Shown: positions 37,888 to 48,766, counted from the first letter of the stretch. The stretch is 64,000 nt of DNA from Bacteroidales bacterium (GCA_035403165.1 DAONEP010000003.1:32888-96887), one strand, 5' to 3'. The notes: generated by a model not told the origin, from the letters alone. Program-made: numbers and translations.

Positions 37888-38502
37888 TTAAATTGTCTTT
37901 AAATAGTTAATTGATAAGTTGTTCAGACGATCGAAGCGGCCCAGCAATTTCCTGAGATTGTTCCTCCGGATGGCAAACTCGATAACACAAGTCATGCCAA
38001 ACTCGCTCGAAATAATTAACGGTCCTTCTTCTTTAAGGATTTTCATTATATCATTCATAAGGTCGTACGGGTATTCAATCCGGTAAACTTCTTTAACAGT
38101 ATTGGTGATTATCTGCGCATGGGCAATAGCATCTTTTGCGGCGGTGCGATAAGCATTTATCAGCCCCGGAACACCCAGTTTCACGCCCCCGTAATACCGG
38201 ATGACCACGATAAGGATGTTTGTGAGGTCTGCCGATTGAATTGCACCGTAGATAGGCCGCCCGGCCGTGCCCGATGGTTCGCCATCGTCGTTCACTCTCC
38301 ATGCCGATTTTTCATTCCCCAGCACATAGGCGAAACAATGATGAGTGGCATCATAATACTTCTTCCGGAGGATATCGAGTTGTTCTTTTACTTCCGTTTC
38401 GGTGATTACCGGTATGGCGTATGCAATAAACCGGCTTCCCTTTTCGCGGAATAACCCTTCAGCGGTTTTCTCAATAGAATGGTACTGATCGTCGAAGAGC
38501 AT
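37888..38502 (-). CDS. yigZ: YigZ/IMPACT family protein
   Basis: KGSRFIAYA...HHCFAY...DDGEPSGTAGRPI motifs of UPF0029. Confidence 0.85.
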   Translation of the reverse strand: MLFDDQYHSIEKTAEGLFREKGSRFIAYAIPVITETEVKEQLDILRKKYYDATHHCFAYVLGNEKSAWRVNDDGEPSGTAGRPIYGAIQSADLTNILIVVIRYYGGVKLGVPGLINAYRTAAKDAIAHAQIITNTVKEVYRIEYPYDLMNDIMKILKEEGPLIISSEFGMTCVIEFAIRRNNLRKLLGRFDRLNNLSINYLKTI

Positions 38503-38704
38503 TGACTAAAAGTTAATTGTAATCCTGATCTGTTTTTCATTAACCAACGGCAAAAATAGGGAATCCCGGCAAAGGCCGGTCCGATATTCCGGTCAAAAAT
38601 TGAAGTAAAATTTTCATCGAACTAACGTCCAATGCTAGTGTTGGTTAAGTTTGCAAGAAAGCCTTGGCCGTTTTATTTTTTTTCAGGATTCGCGATATTT
38701 CGTG

Positions 38705-38712
38705 TACGTTTG
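38705..38712 (+). promoter_or_regulatory. -7 promoter box TACGTTTG upstream of the EamA-family gene
   Basis: Exact TAnnTTTG match inside the 5' extension of the track ORF. Favours ATG 38753. Confidence 0.4.
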
Positions 38713-38752
38713 GCGAAAAATTTCCGGCTTCTCTAATACCTTATTTAATATA

Positions 38753-39658
38753 ATGGACAGCCACTTTGGTGAATTTGCGGCCTTACTGACAACCCTGTTC
38801 TGGACTATAACAGCATTGTCGTTCGAAGTTGTGGGCAAACGGATCGGCTCGCTGAACCTGAACCTGTTGCGCCTTTCGGTGGCAACGGTATTGCTCGGCG
38901 TGTTTTCATATTTTTACCGGGGGCTGTTCCTGCCGGTTGATGCCACCCTTCATAACTGGTTATGGCTGATTTTGTCGGGGCTGATAGGTTTTGTGATCGG
39001 CGATTTCCTTCTTTTCCAGGCTTATATTGTTATAGGTGCAAGGGTTTCCATGCTGCTGATGACCCTGGCTCCGCCGGCTGCTGCCCTGGCCGGATGGCTG
39101 ATCCTTGGCGAAAGTATGTCGCTGAAGTCATTACTGGGTATGATGGTAACCATCGCCGGTATTTCGCTGGTAATATTCAACAGGACTCCCGGAACTTCCA
39201 AATCGTCGAAGAGCGCCAGACTTGCCCACCCGCTGAAAGGGATCCTGTATGCCCTGGGGGCTGCAATAGGGCAGGGTGTAGGATTGGTGCTCAGTAAACT
39301 GGGAATGGAAAGTTATGACCCTTTTGCTGCTTCACAGATCAGGGTGATGGCCGGAGTTGTGGGTTTTGCGCTGGTGTTTACCGTTGCCGGCAGATGGAGA
39401 GCGTTGCCTGCGGCTGTAAAAGACAGCAAGTCCATGAAGTGGCTTATTGTAGGCTCGTTTTTCGGTCCCTTCCTGGGAGTGTCGTTTTCGCTGATGGCCG
39501 TTCAGAATACCAATGCAGGCATCGCACAAACCATTATGTCGCTGGTTCCGGTTCTGATTATTCCGCCATCGCTTATTATTTATAAGGAGAAACTGCGCGC
39601 CCGCGAACTTGCAGGCGCCCTGATTGCCGTGGCGGGAGTATCATTGTTCTTTTTGTAG
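38753..39658 (+). CDS. DMT superfamily (EamA-like) transporter
   Basis: 10 TM helices arranged as two EamA repeats. Start taken at MDSHFGEFAAL. Confidence 0.8.
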   Translation: MDSHFGEFAALLTTLFWTITALSFEVVGKRIGSLNLNLLRLSVATVLLGVFSYFYRGLFLPVDATLHNWLWLILSGLIGFVIGDFLLFQAYIVIGARVSMLLMTLAPPAAALAGWLILGESMSLKSLLGMMVTIAGISLVIFNRTPGTSKSSKSARLAHPLKGILYALGAAIGQGVGLVLSKLGMESYDPFAASQIRVMAGVVGFALVFTVAGRWRALPAAVKDSKSMKWLIVGSFFGPFLGVSFSLMAVQNTNAGIAQTIMSLVPVLIIPPSLIIYKEKLRARELAGALIAVAGVSLFFL

Positions 39659-39662
39659 AAGT

Positions 39663-40142
39663 TCAGAACAATGAAGCCGTTTTACGGAGGTATGCCGTGA
39701 TTTGCCGGTAATCGGCGCTACACAACTTTGGTCGGCTGAAACTATCCAGCAGGTGATTATCGGCATGGTCGACCCGTGGGTACCACTCGCCTATATCCTT
39801 TAAATCGCCTGTTTTACGGATAACAATATGCAGGTGCAGATGCGGCACTGTTTGTCCTGCGGCTTCCTTCTCCTGTAATGACCAATCGAACCCTTCACCA
39901 TGGAAAGCTGCCATCAGCAGGTTGGTGGTTTTTTTTGCAAAAACGAATAACCGGGCTGTTTCGTCGTCATTCAGATCTGACAACCCCCTGACATGTTTTC
40001 TTGGTACAATAAGCGAATGCCCGGGCAGGATTGGCGCAATGTTATAAACAGCCAGGAAATCATCGTCGGCAAGGAAAGCGGCTTCCGAAAACTCTTTAAC
40101 GCAGAACGGACATTCTGTTTCCCGGTAAACAGACTTGCTCAT
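39663..40142 (-). CDS. HIT family hydrolase
   Basis: Histidine triad VPHLHLHIV. Confidence 0.8.
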   Translation of the reverse strand: MSKSVYRETECPFCVKEFSEAAFLADDDFLAVYNIAPILPGHSLIVPRKHVRGLSDLNDDETARLFVFAKKTTNLLMAAFHGEGFDWSLQEKEAAGQTVPHLHLHIVIRKTGDLKDIGEWYPRVDHADNHLLDSFSRPKLCSADYRQITAYLRKTASLF

Positions 40143-40591
40143 TTTCCGTAACTTCCGAAAAGTTTGGCCAGAAAGCGGTGAAATTTATGTACTGATTCAA
40201 CAGGATCAGTATACATCAGGATGCATTTGCCGCTCACGAGGTTTAGACCGGAGTCATGGTAAGGCTCCAGTACGTCGTTGCTTTCAGCGCCCTGCTGTAA
40301 CCATATGTGCCTGATGCCGCGTGAAACGGCGTCTGCTATCAGCCCTTTTGAAATCTCAGGCCGGGTGCATATCACCAATCCGGTTACTTCGGGCGGAAGA
40401 TCAAGAATGCTGTGATAACATGTATCACCATCAAATTCCGACAGGTTAGGGTTAACAGGTATCACTTTCCGTCCCCTTTTTTTCAGGGTGAGATACATGG
40501 AATGGCCGAACTTGTTCCGGCTCCTGGAAACGCCGGCTATTGCCCATACCGGCTGCGCCAGAAATTCGTTGATAGCGGGTAATGAATTCAT
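40139..40591 (-). CDS. CoA-binding domain protein
   Basis: WAIAGVSRSRNKFGHSMY...VIPVNPN pattern of the CoA_binding_2 family. Its stop overlaps the HIT start (ATGA). Confidence 0.72.
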   Translation of the reverse strand: MNSLPAINEFLAQPVWAIAGVSRSRNKFGHSMYLTLKKRGRKVIPVNPNLSEFDGDTCYHSILDLPPEVTGLVICTRPEISKGLIADAVSRGIRHIWLQQGAESNDVLEPYHDSGLNLVSGKCILMYTDPVESVHKFHRFLAKLFGSYGK

Positions 40592-40599
40592 ACTGTGAA

Positions 40600-43086
40600 T
40601 TATTCAAATACAATTTTCATCTCTACCCGGCGGTTGTGCTGACGTCCTTCAGGTGTGGCGTTGGTATCAACGGGACGGTCGGGGCCGAACCATTCAGCAC
40701 GGATACATGAAGCTGGAACGCTCCTGTCCTGCAGGAATTTCTTCACGGCCAGGGTGCGGTTTTTCGATAAGGTCATGTTCGTTTCACGTTTTCCTACATT
40801 ATCGGTATGTCCGGAAAGCTGGAGCTTCCATTCAGGGTGCTTTACGAGCAGTTGGGCCAGTTCGTTAAGCGATGGGTATGATACCCGGCGGATCACCGAC
40901 TTGCCGGTTTCGAATTCGAGGTTTGCGAATGCGGTGTTGATAATTTCCTGCTCTTCTTTCTTTATTTCAGGGCAACCATTATTTTGGGCTACGCCGGGAA
41001 TGGTAGGACACATGTCGTATTTATCCGAGATTCCGTCTCCGTCGGTATCGGGACAGCCCCGGAATATTGCCGTTCCCGGAATGCTGGGGCATTCATCATC
41101 CTTGTCGGGAATGCCGTCGTTGTCGGTATCGGTGTAAGGGCAACCGTGGTTTTCAACAGGCCCTTTTATTCCGGGACACTGGTCGTCTTCATCTTTTACC
41201 CCGTCATCGTCGCTGTCGATAAACGGGCAGCCATGGTTTTCGCGTGTGCCGAACACGGTGGGGCAGTTGTCTTCCTTATCGGCGATTCCGTCGCTATCCT
41301 GGTCCGGACAACCGTTTAATTCAGCCAGGCCTGCGTTGAAAGGGCAATCGTCTCTTGAATCGATAATGCCGTCGCCGTCGCTGTCGGGACATCCGTTAAA
41401 CTGTGGCAATCCTTTCACATCGGGGCAATCGTCCTTCGAATCGATGATGCTGTCGCCATCCCTGTCGGGGCAGCCGGAAAATTCTTTTAGTCCGGGTTCG
41501 TTGGGGCATAAGTCTTCAGCGTCGGTCACCCCGTCGAGATCGGCATCGGGACAGCCGGCTAGTTCAGCAAGGCCCGGTACGTCGGGGCAATTGTCTTTCC
41601 TGTCGGATACCTTATCTTTATCGCGGTCGTGTGCTTTTTTGTAACGGATACCGAATTTCAAGGCTACACTTGCATTGATACCGTAAATGTCCTTTTTGCC
41701 GGCGATGATGCTGAAAAGGTTGTTTGAACCTATCCACAGCGGCCCGAAACGTAAACCGGCTCCAACATTGAGCTGTTTATAGCTGTTGTACTGAAACGGC
41801 AGATAGAGGCCGAAAAACCTGCCTTCATATCGGGGAACCACGTTCCAGGCCGTGAGATAATGAACCTTGTTGACATCATTTGAACCGCGGTTTAAGGCAA
41901 TATAGGGAGATACATTCAAGTATAAGCCTTTTGCCGCTCTTACATCAGCCTGCAGGCTGATGGCGGTCGGAAGGTTCATCCTGTATATGTCGGACATTGA
42001 GTTGTCGAATTCAAAGTTCAGCGAGTCCTTCAGGGTGTTTAAAAAGCCGCTGTATCCTTTCCCGAAATCCTGATCCTGGTAATTCCAATTGGCAATATCG
42101 GCAGTAAAGTCGTTGCTGAGTGCGCCTCTTTTGTATTTAACGCTGCCGATATCAAGGATGCTGAGCCCGATTCTGAACAGGTACTTGTTCTGATCGCGCT
42201 GCCACAGGTTCGTTTCTCCGTCAAGGTCGTATTTAAATGATTCCCAGTCAGGCCGGTATTCATAAACCAAGCCAAGGTCAAAGCCAAGCGATGGATTGGC
42301 TGCAACTTTGTAATTCAGGTTCTCGTAGTTAAAGCCATTATCGGCAAACAGGTTATCAAAATTATCGGAAGCGCCGTAATTAACCTTGGTATGGAAGATG
42401 GAAACAGAATCCCTCTCAAGGAAATTGTAGCTGAACTCTTTGGCAAATCCGTAAAAGGAGCCTACGCCTTGTAAAAGCTTAACGGTAGCGCCGGCTTTCA
42501 GGAAATGTTCACCTTCGTCGAGAATAACGCGGGAATAGGTAAAGCCAAATTCCGTCCAAAAGTTTCCCTGAATATTTACATTGGCATCCCTGAGATCCTG
42601 TTTCAGGTAGTCCTCATAATTATCACTTTCGTATATTATTTTTGCCAGTTCATGGCTCATATTATCAAGATTAATAATTCCCCTGGTGCCAAAAGTCAAC
42701 GCAATAGAGGCCTTGTTTGAAACGCTCGCCATAAAACTCATGGTTTCGGCCTGAAAGTTTATGATCATGCTTTTATCATCACTGGAAGTATTTTCGCTGA
42801 GGAAATCCTCTTTGTCAAAATCTTCAGCGTCCCAATCCGTGCTGAATTTTTTTGGATTTAACAGATAGTAAGGATCCAACCCGATATAGTTATTATTAAA
42901 TGTTCCTTCGACGCCTGCAATTGTCAGATCGAACTTGTACCGGCTGTCGGCAATAGAAGCCGGCTGAAGGTAAACGCCGGTGACTCCTGCATAATTGCTC
43001 GAGGCAAACGGAAGGTAACGCTGTGAATAACCGTGAGTTATGCCTGTAAGGAGGCAGATAGCCAGGAGGAAGGTGATTTTTTTCAT
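40600..43086 (-). CDS. OmpA-family outer membrane protein with N-terminal beta-barrel and 8 thrombospondin type-3 Ca-binding repeats
   Basis: Signal peptide. Eight D-x-D-x-D-G-x-x-D-x-x-D-x-C-P units (for example DADLDGVTDAEDLCPNEPG). C-terminal OmpA/MotB domain (LQLSGHTDNVG...NRTLAVKKFL...NRRVEMKIV). Confidence 0.87.
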   Translation of the reverse strand: MKKITFLLAICLLTGITHGYSQRYLPFASSNYAGVTGVYLQPASIADSRYKFDLTIAGVEGTFNNNYIGLDPYYLLNPKKFSTDWDAEDFDKEDFLSENTSSDDKSMIINFQAETMSFMASVSNKASIALTFGTRGIINLDNMSHELAKIIYESDNYEDYLKQDLRDANVNIQGNFWTEFGFTYSRVILDEGEHFLKAGATVKLLQGVGSFYGFAKEFSYNFLERDSVSIFHTKVNYGASDNFDNLFADNGFNYENLNYKVAANPSLGFDLGLVYEYRPDWESFKYDLDGETNLWQRDQNKYLFRIGLSILDIGSVKYKRGALSNDFTADIANWNYQDQDFGKGYSGFLNTLKDSLNFEFDNSMSDIYRMNLPTAISLQADVRAAKGLYLNVSPYIALNRGSNDVNKVHYLTAWNVVPRYEGRFFGLYLPFQYNSYKQLNVGAGLRFGPLWIGSNNLFSIIAGKKDIYGINASVALKFGIRYKKAHDRDKDKVSDRKDNCPDVPGLAELAGCPDADLDGVTDAEDLCPNEPGLKEFSGCPDRDGDSIIDSKDDCPDVKGLPQFNGCPDSDGDGIIDSRDDCPFNAGLAELNGCPDQDSDGIADKEDNCPTVFGTRENHGCPFIDSDDDGVKDEDDQCPGIKGPVENHGCPYTDTDNDGIPDKDDECPSIPGTAIFRGCPDTDGDGISDKYDMCPTIPGVAQNNGCPEIKKEEQEIINTAFANLEFETGKSVIRRVSYPSLNELAQLLVKHPEWKLQLSGHTDNVGKRETNMTLSKNRTLAVKKFLQDRSVPASCIRAEWFGPDRPVDTNATPEGRQHNRRVEMKIVFE

Positions 43087-43274
43087 ACAATCAGTTTCGG
43101 ATTAACCAAATATACAAAAAGCATTTTCCTGCTACCGGTCCAGTGAAAAAATATTTTAATTGTCAGAACGTTTGTTAAAAACCGGCTGTACCTGGTCAGG
43201 AATTGCTGGTGCAGGGTTGTTACCGGAATGTTATTTCGATAATTTTGCCGGGTTCAGTATAGAAAAGGAATAGT

Positions 43275-44003
43275 ATGAAAAATTCTATTTTATTGGTAGT
43301 GTTCTTATTAGCAGGAATTAAAGGCTTTTCACAGGTAAAGTCCGGCTGGCGCGATGGAGGGGAGATGATCTTTTCGTGGGGCAACATCAATCAGGGAAAT
43401 TTAGATGCCGATAATGTTCCCCGGTTTTCCCTGATCCTGAATGAGCAGCTTCAGTATCATGTGGATTATGGTCAGCATACCGGATTTTATACGGGATTGG
43501 GAATCAGGAATGTGGGCTTTATCCATAAATTCGGCGATACGCTGAAAATAAAACAGCGGGTTTATTCCATCGGCGTGCCGTTTGCCCTGAAATTGGGGAA
43601 CATGGATAAAAATGTATTTTTTGCCGTGGGCGCCGAAATGGAATTATTCTTCCATTTTAAGGAAAAGACTTTTCTCCATGGAGAAAAAATGAAAACAGGA
43701 GAGTGGTTCAGCGACCGGACGGAACTGTTTCATCCTTCCGTCTTTACGGAACTCGATCTGGGAAAAGGTTTCTATATCCGTTACCGCTATTATCTGACCG
43801 ATTTTCTGAAGCAAAAATCAGGGTCATTCCCGGGCGGGATTCACTTACCATACAACAACTCCGGAACACTGATGTACATCTCGGTCGGGACTATGATTTC
43901 CAAAAAGAAAGCCAGGGAACAACTGCCGGTGATCAGGAAAGCGAGCAATACTTATGCTTCGGCTTATCTCCCGGGATCATCATCGGCGAAACAATTAAAA
44001 TAA
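43275..44003 (+). CDS. hypothetical outer-membrane beta-barrel-like protein
   Basis: Signal peptide ending FSQ. Alternating aromatic/hydrophobic beta-strand pattern. No family recognised. Confidence 0.45.
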   Translation: MKNSILLVVFLLAGIKGFSQVKSGWRDGGEMIFSWGNINQGNLDADNVPRFSLILNEQLQYHVDYGQHTGFYTGLGIRNVGFIHKFGDTLKIKQRVYSIGVPFALKLGNMDKNVFFAVGAEMELFFHFKEKTFLHGEKMKTGEWFSDRTELFHPSVFTELDLGKGFYIRYRYYLTDFLKQKSGSFPGGIHLPYNNSGTLMYISVGTMISKKKAREQLPVIRKASNTYASAYLPGSSSAKQLK

Positions 44004-44006
44004 GGT

Positions 44007-44879
44007 ATGAGCGATCCCGAAAACAGACTGATGACCGTTGGTGACCTGGCTAAAACCCTTCGGGCCATGCTGGAGCCGGTACATGGCAGGGAAGAAAGCG
44101 GGGCAATGGTTTACAGGCTTTTTGAACATTATTTGCACCTGAATCGTGCATCTGTTGTTTTAAGCCGTCAGATGTTTCCGGGCAAACGGCAACAGAAGAA
44201 ATTGCTGCAAGCGGCCCGGCAACTGGCTGACAACATTCCTTTGCAATATATAACGGGCGAAGCCTTTTTCGACGGTTTGACCTTCAGGGTAAACCGGCAT
44301 GTTTTAATTCCGCGTCCCGAAACGGAAGAAATGGTGTCCCTGGCAGCCGGGATTTTTGCCGGACGAAGGCCCCATTCCATACTGGATATCGGTACCGGCA
44401 GCGGGTGCATTGCCGTTTCACTGAAGAAGCATTTTCCCGAAAGCCGGGTAATAGCTGTGGATGTTTCAAAAATGGCGCTCAGGGTAGCTCAGCGGAATGC
44501 CAGCGATAACGGCTTGCAGGTCGAATTCCTGCATGGAGATATTCTGAAGCCTCACGGCTTTCGTAATATGCCCGTCTTTGACCTGATCATCAGCAACCCG
44601 CCATACGTCACGGAGTCGGAGAAAAGCCTGATGCGGGCCAATGTGCTTGATTATGAGCCCGGCAAAGCCTTGTTTGTGCCGGATAAGGATCCTTTGCTAT
44701 TCTATAATGCTGTTGCCCGGTTTGCCAGGCGGTTTTTGGCCGGAAACGGAATGATCCTGTTTGAGATTAACGAAAATTTCGGGAAGGCTACCGTTGATCT
44801 GTTAAAATCTCTGGGTTACAGCCGGGCAGAAGTCAGGCGCGATTTCAGGGGAAAGGACAGATTTGTGATCGCGCAGTAA
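44007..44879 (+). CDS. prmC: peptide chain release factor N5-glutamine methyltransferase PrmC
   Basis: SAM motif LDIGTGSGCIA and catalytic ISNPPY. Confidence 0.9.
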   Translation: MSDPENRLMTVGDLAKTLRAMLEPVHGREESGAMVYRLFEHYLHLNRASVVLSRQMFPGKRQQKKLLQAARQLADNIPLQYITGEAFFDGLTFRVNRHVLIPRPETEEMVSLAAGIFAGRRPHSILDIGTGSGCIAVSLKKHFPESRVIAVDVSKMALRVAQRNASDNGLQVEFLHGDILKPHGFRNMPVFDLIISNPPYVTESEKSLMRANVLDYEPGKALFVPDKDPLLFYNAVARFARRFLAGNGMILFEINENFGKATVDLLKSLGYSRAEVRRDFRGKDRFVIAQ

Positions 44880-45217
44880 GATGCCCGCTGGCAATTCCTG
44901 GTGTTGCAATTCATCCACCTGACTGGTCAACGCTGTAAGTGATAATCCGGAGAAAGAGTGATCCGGATTCCATCCTGGAAATTTGACGGATCAATACCAT
45001 GAAAGCATTACAGCGATGCTTCAGATAAGGAATTCATTAAGCCGGGCGGGCATTCCGGGCCTGAAATCAGTTGAAACAAGAGGCGTTGACGAATGGCATG
45101 CCGGAAAAAAGTTATGGGAACATAAAAAGACATTAGAGAAAAAGACTGATATTTGTACGCGACAAATGAGAATACACCCGTAATAAACTAATTACTAAAA
45201 TACTAACAACAAACAAG

Positions 45218-46651
45218 ATGACAGAAAAGGTTCAAAAACTCATGAAAGACGTGCCGGCATATCGCTGGACAGCTCTTGTACTGCTGGCAAGTGCCATGTT
45301 TTTCGGATATATCTTTATGGATATATTATCACCCTTACAGGAATTGTTGCAAACATCGCGGGGATGGACTCCGGATGCTTACGGGAGGTACGCTGGTTCG
45401 GAAACATTTTTGAACGTTTTTGTATTTTTCCTCATATTCGCCGGAATTATCCTGGATAAAATGGGTGTTCGTTTTACCGCCATTTTATCGGGATTGGTGA
45501 TGTTACTGGGCGCATCAATCAACTATTATGCTGTAAGCGATGCTTTTACAGGCAGCGGGGCCGAAAATGCCATGAACCACTTTATGAATCTTCCGCTGAA
45601 ATGGTGGAATATTACCCCTTTCTTTAGCGGCATGCCTGCTTCCGCAAAAATGTCGGCCATAGGTTTCATGTTTTTCGGATGCGGTGTTGAGATGGCCGGT
45701 ATCACCGTTTCCAGAGGAATCGTCAAATGGTTTAAAGGAAAAGAATTGGCACTGGCAATGGGAGTAGAAATGGCTATTGCCCGTATCGGGGTCGCCGTTG
45801 TATTCATCTGTTCGCCGATTGTGGCCCTTCAGATAAAACCTATAAATGCTTCACGTCCGATTGCCTTTGCCGTATTGCTGTTAGCTATCGGATTGATTTC
45901 CTTTATCGTTTATTCCTTCCTGGATAAAAAATTGGAGAATCAGATGGGCGAGAGCGGTGAAGAAAAAGACGACCCGTTCAAAATCAGCGATATTGGCAAG
46001 CTGCTCTCAAGCAAGGTCTTCTGGCAGGTTGCATTACTCTGTGTGCTTTATTATTCTGCAATTTTCCCCTTCCAGAAATATGCCAACAACATGTTGCAAT
46101 GTAACCTCGGATATACTGCCGACCAGGCAGGCCGAGTGTTCTTTGTATTTCCGCTGGGTGCGGCTGCCATCACCCCGTTCCTTGGTAATTTCCTCGACAG
46201 AAAAGGCAAAGGGGCTTCAATGCTGATGCTGGGAGCCATTCTGATGATTGTTTGCCACCTGGTATTTGCCCTGGCGCTTCCGGCTACCAAAGGTACTTCT
46301 GTTGCCCCGGTGATTGCTTATGCTTCGATTATCCTCCTCGGTATTTCCTTCTCATTGGTTCCTGCCGCTTTATGGCCCAGCGTTCCCAAGCTTGTTGAAA
46401 ACCGCTATTTAGGTTCGGCATACGCACTGATATTCTGGATCCAGAACATAGGCCTTTACGCTTTCCCCATCATTATCGGAACCGCATTAAGGTCATCAAA
46501 TCCCGGAATTACCAATCCTATGGAATACAACTACACTGTCCCGATGCTCATTTTCGCTTCCTTAGGCGTCCTGGCTTTATTCCTTGGAATCTGGCTTAAA
46601 GCTGAAGACAAGAAGAAAGGATACGGGCTTGAACTGCCGAACATCAAATAG
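45218..46651 (+). CDS. MFS transporter
   Basis: 12 TM helices with a central cytoplasmic loop. 477 aa. Confidence 0.72.
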   Translation: MTEKVQKLMKDVPAYRWTALVLLASAMFFGYIFMDILSPLQELLQTSRGWTPDAYGRYAGSETFLNVFVFFLIFAGIILDKMGVRFTAILSGLVMLLGASINYYAVSDAFTGSGAENAMNHFMNLPLKWWNITPFFSGMPASAKMSAIGFMFFGCGVEMAGITVSRGIVKWFKGKELALAMGVEMAIARIGVAVVFICSPIVALQIKPINASRPIAFAVLLLAIGLISFIVYSFLDKKLENQMGESGEEKDDPFKISDIGKLLSSKVFWQVALLCVLYYSAIFPFQKYANNMLQCNLGYTADQAGRVFFVFPLGAAAITPFLGNFLDRKGKGASMLMLGAILMIVCHLVFALALPATKGTSVAPVIAYASIILLGISFSLVPAALWPSVPKLVENRYLGSAYALIFWIQNIGLYAFPIIIGTALRSSNPGITNPMEYNYTVPMLIFASLGVLALFLGIWLKAEDKKKGYGLELPNIK

Positions 46652-46682
46652 GACTAATCTTAATCGATTCTATTATCGCGTT

Positions 46683-46718
46683 TGGACGGAGGTCAGAACC
46701 TTCGTCCATTCGTTTTTT
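46683..46718 (+). terminator. putative rho-independent terminator
   Basis: tggacggagg / ccttcgtcca stem (one G-T pair) followed by cgtttttt. Confidence 0.5.
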
Positions 46719-46751
46719 ATAAGGAGAAGGATTATATTCCGGGTCAAAAGT

Positions 46752-46759
46752 TAACTTTG
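46752..46759 (+). promoter_or_regulatory. -7 promoter box TAACTTTG upstream of the alkaline phosphatase gene
   Basis: Exact TAnnTTTG match, 21 nt before ATG 46780. Confidence 0.45.
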
Positions 46760-46779
46760 CAGGCACTTAAAGAAGACTA

Positions 46780-47883
46780 ATGAAATCAAAACTCATTTTA
46801 CTGGCAGTTCTTATACTGTTATCGCAAATCGCTCTGCCTTCCGGCTTTCAGAAAGGTGAAACCAGAAATAAACCAAAACACCCGAAAAATATCATCCTGA
46901 TGATAGGCGACGGCATGGGAACAGCCCAACTGTATGCAGGAATTACCGCGTTACGAGATAATACCAACATTGAGCGCTGTCCCGTTTCGGGCTTTGTTAA
47001 AACGCTTTCAGCCAGTAATTACATTACCGATTCAGCCGCTGGGGCTACCGCTTATGCAATTGGCTGCAAGACTACCAATGGTTTTCTGAGCGAAACGCCC
47101 GACAGCATTCCAAAACCAACAATCCTGGAAATGGCTGAAAAAAAAGGGCTTGCTACAGGGCTGGTCGCCACATCGGCAATCACTCATGCCACCCCGGCTG
47201 CCTTTATAGCACACGTAAGCAGCCGTGGTAGTTACGAACAAATTGCGGCTCAGTTCCTGAACACCGATATCGATGTTTTCATTGGTGGCGGATGGAAATA
47301 TTTTACAAAAAGGGCCGACGGCAGGAACCTGGCCGATAGCCTTCTGAAACACAATTACGTTATTGCCAGGAGCCTTGAGGAGGTTGAGAAAGCATCCGGG
47401 CCGAAACTGGCCGGATTGTTAAGCGATGAACACATGCCGCGGTATTCCGAAGGGAGGGGCGATATGCTGCCTTTATCAACAGAAAAGGCGATTAATATCC
47501 TTTCCGGAAATAAAAAAGGCTTTTTCATGATGGTGGAAGGTTCCCAAATTGACTGGGGCGGTCATGCCAACGATCTGAATTATATCGTTGAAGAAGTGGT
47601 GGATTTTGACAAAGCCATCGGGAAAGCGCTCGATTTTGCCGCGCAAGACGGGGAGACGCTGGTTATCATTACCGCAGACCACGAAACCGGCGGAATGGCT
47701 ATTACCGGAGGCGATATGTCACTAGGAAAGGTTGAAGCAAAATTCACAACCGGTGATCATTCGGCTGTAATGGTCCCGCTGTTTGCATTCGGGCCCGGTT
47801 CGGAACGCTTTTCCGGCATTCAGGATAATACGGACGTTTTTAAAAAATGTGTAGAGCTGCTCCAATTATCGGACGGTAAATAG
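46780..47883 (+). CDS. alkaline phosphatase (PhoA family)
   Basis: MIGDGMG metal site, active-site TDSAAGATA, and C-terminal metal ligands (DWGGH, ADHETGG). Confidence 0.85.
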   Translation: MKSKLILLAVLILLSQIALPSGFQKGETRNKPKHPKNIILMIGDGMGTAQLYAGITALRDNTNIERCPVSGFVKTLSASNYITDSAAGATAYAIGCKTTNGFLSETPDSIPKPTILEMAEKKGLATGLVATSAITHATPAAFIAHVSSRGSYEQIAAQFLNTDIDVFIGGGWKYFTKRADGRNLADSLLKHNYVIARSLEEVEKASGPKLAGLLSDEHMPRYSEGRGDMLPLSTEKAINILSGNKKGFFMMVEGSQIDWGGHANDLNYIVEEVVDFDKAIGKALDFAAQDGETLVIITADHETGGMAITGGDMSLGKVEAKFTTGDHSAVMVPLFAFGPGSERFSGIQDNTDVFKKCVELLQLSDGK

Positions 47884-47917
47884 AACAAATGCAACACTGC
47901 TATCATTCTGCCAGAGG

Positions 47918-48598
47918 ATGAAAATACTCATCGTAACAGCAACATGGAAGGAATCAGAACCGCTCAGGCAGGCGCTGGGAGATTGCATTCCTGTTGAAAA
48001 TATTCTCTTTCGTTACCGGTTGAATGATAAGGTTATCGATCTGCTGGTGACCGGTACGGGGATGGTTTCGACGGCTTACGCGATGGGACAACTTACGGGG
48101 AGACAAAAATATGACCTTGCCATAAACGCAGGCATCTGCGGTAGCTTCAACAGAAATATCAGGTTGGGCGAAGTTGTGAATGTTGTCGCGGATTCGTTTG
48201 CCGACATGGGCGCCGAAGATAACGACAGTTGGCTCCCTATGTCCAAACTTGGATCTGAAAACCAGGATGATCTATTGTCCGGTGACGGAACTTTCAACAG
48301 TAATCCCGGCAGGTTTTCGGTACTGTTAAACCACTTGCGGCCTGTCAATGGGGCTACAGTCAATACAGTTCACGGCAATGCGGAGAGCATCAGGCGCTTT
48401 TCTGTCCGGACGGATGCAGGCATTGAGACAATGGAAGGCGCTGCTTTTATGTTTGCCTTGACCGGTTCTGATACCAAATTCATTGAGTTGAGGTCCGTAT
48501 CCAACTATGTTGAACCCCGCAATACAGATAATTGGAATATCCCTCTGGCTATCGGTGAACTCGGTGTTGAACTGGTCCGGTTGCTTAAAGATTTATAA
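47918..48598 (+). CDS. mqnB: futalosine hydrolase
   Basis: PNP/UDP-1 fold, MKILIVTAT..E..PL...LLVTGTGMVSTA...DLAINAGICGSF. Adjacent to mqnD. Confidence 0.72.
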   Translation: MKILIVTATWKESEPLRQALGDCIPVENILFRYRLNDKVIDLLVTGTGMVSTAYAMGQLTGRQKYDLAINAGICGSFNRNIRLGEVVNVVADSFADMGAEDNDSWLPMSKLGSENQDDLLSGDGTFNSNPGRFSVLLNHLRPVNGATVNTVHGNAESIRRFSVRTDAGIETMEGAAFMFALTGSDTKFIELRSVSNYVEPRNTDNWNIPLAIGELGVELVRLLKDL

Positions 48599-48766
48599 AA
48601 TCTGATCGGTTAGCCTCCCCGGCCTGTTTTTAGCCTGCGTGTATCAGGGCTGAAATTGCGAACCTGAAATGCTTTGCTTCATGCTCTGTTCTCATTGCAA
48701 TGGCAGGTGTGCCCGGATCCTGTCGTGGCAAATATGCATTGATTTTTAACATGAAAACCTGAAGTA

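Noticed and set aside
40655-41644. Several 110-160-aa + strand ORFs opposite the OmpA/TSP3 gene, and apparent DNA repeats there
   Set aside because: The repetitive DNA is the coding image of eight thrombospondin type-3 repeats on the - strand. The antisense ORFs are Ser/Gly/Pro-rich artefacts.
44983-45183. 66-aa ORF in the prmC-MFS intergenic region
   Set aside because: No promoter box, no recognisable domain, and a composition unlike the neighbouring genes. The 340-bp gap is more likely promoter and leader for the MFS gene. No riboswitch consensus was recognised there either.
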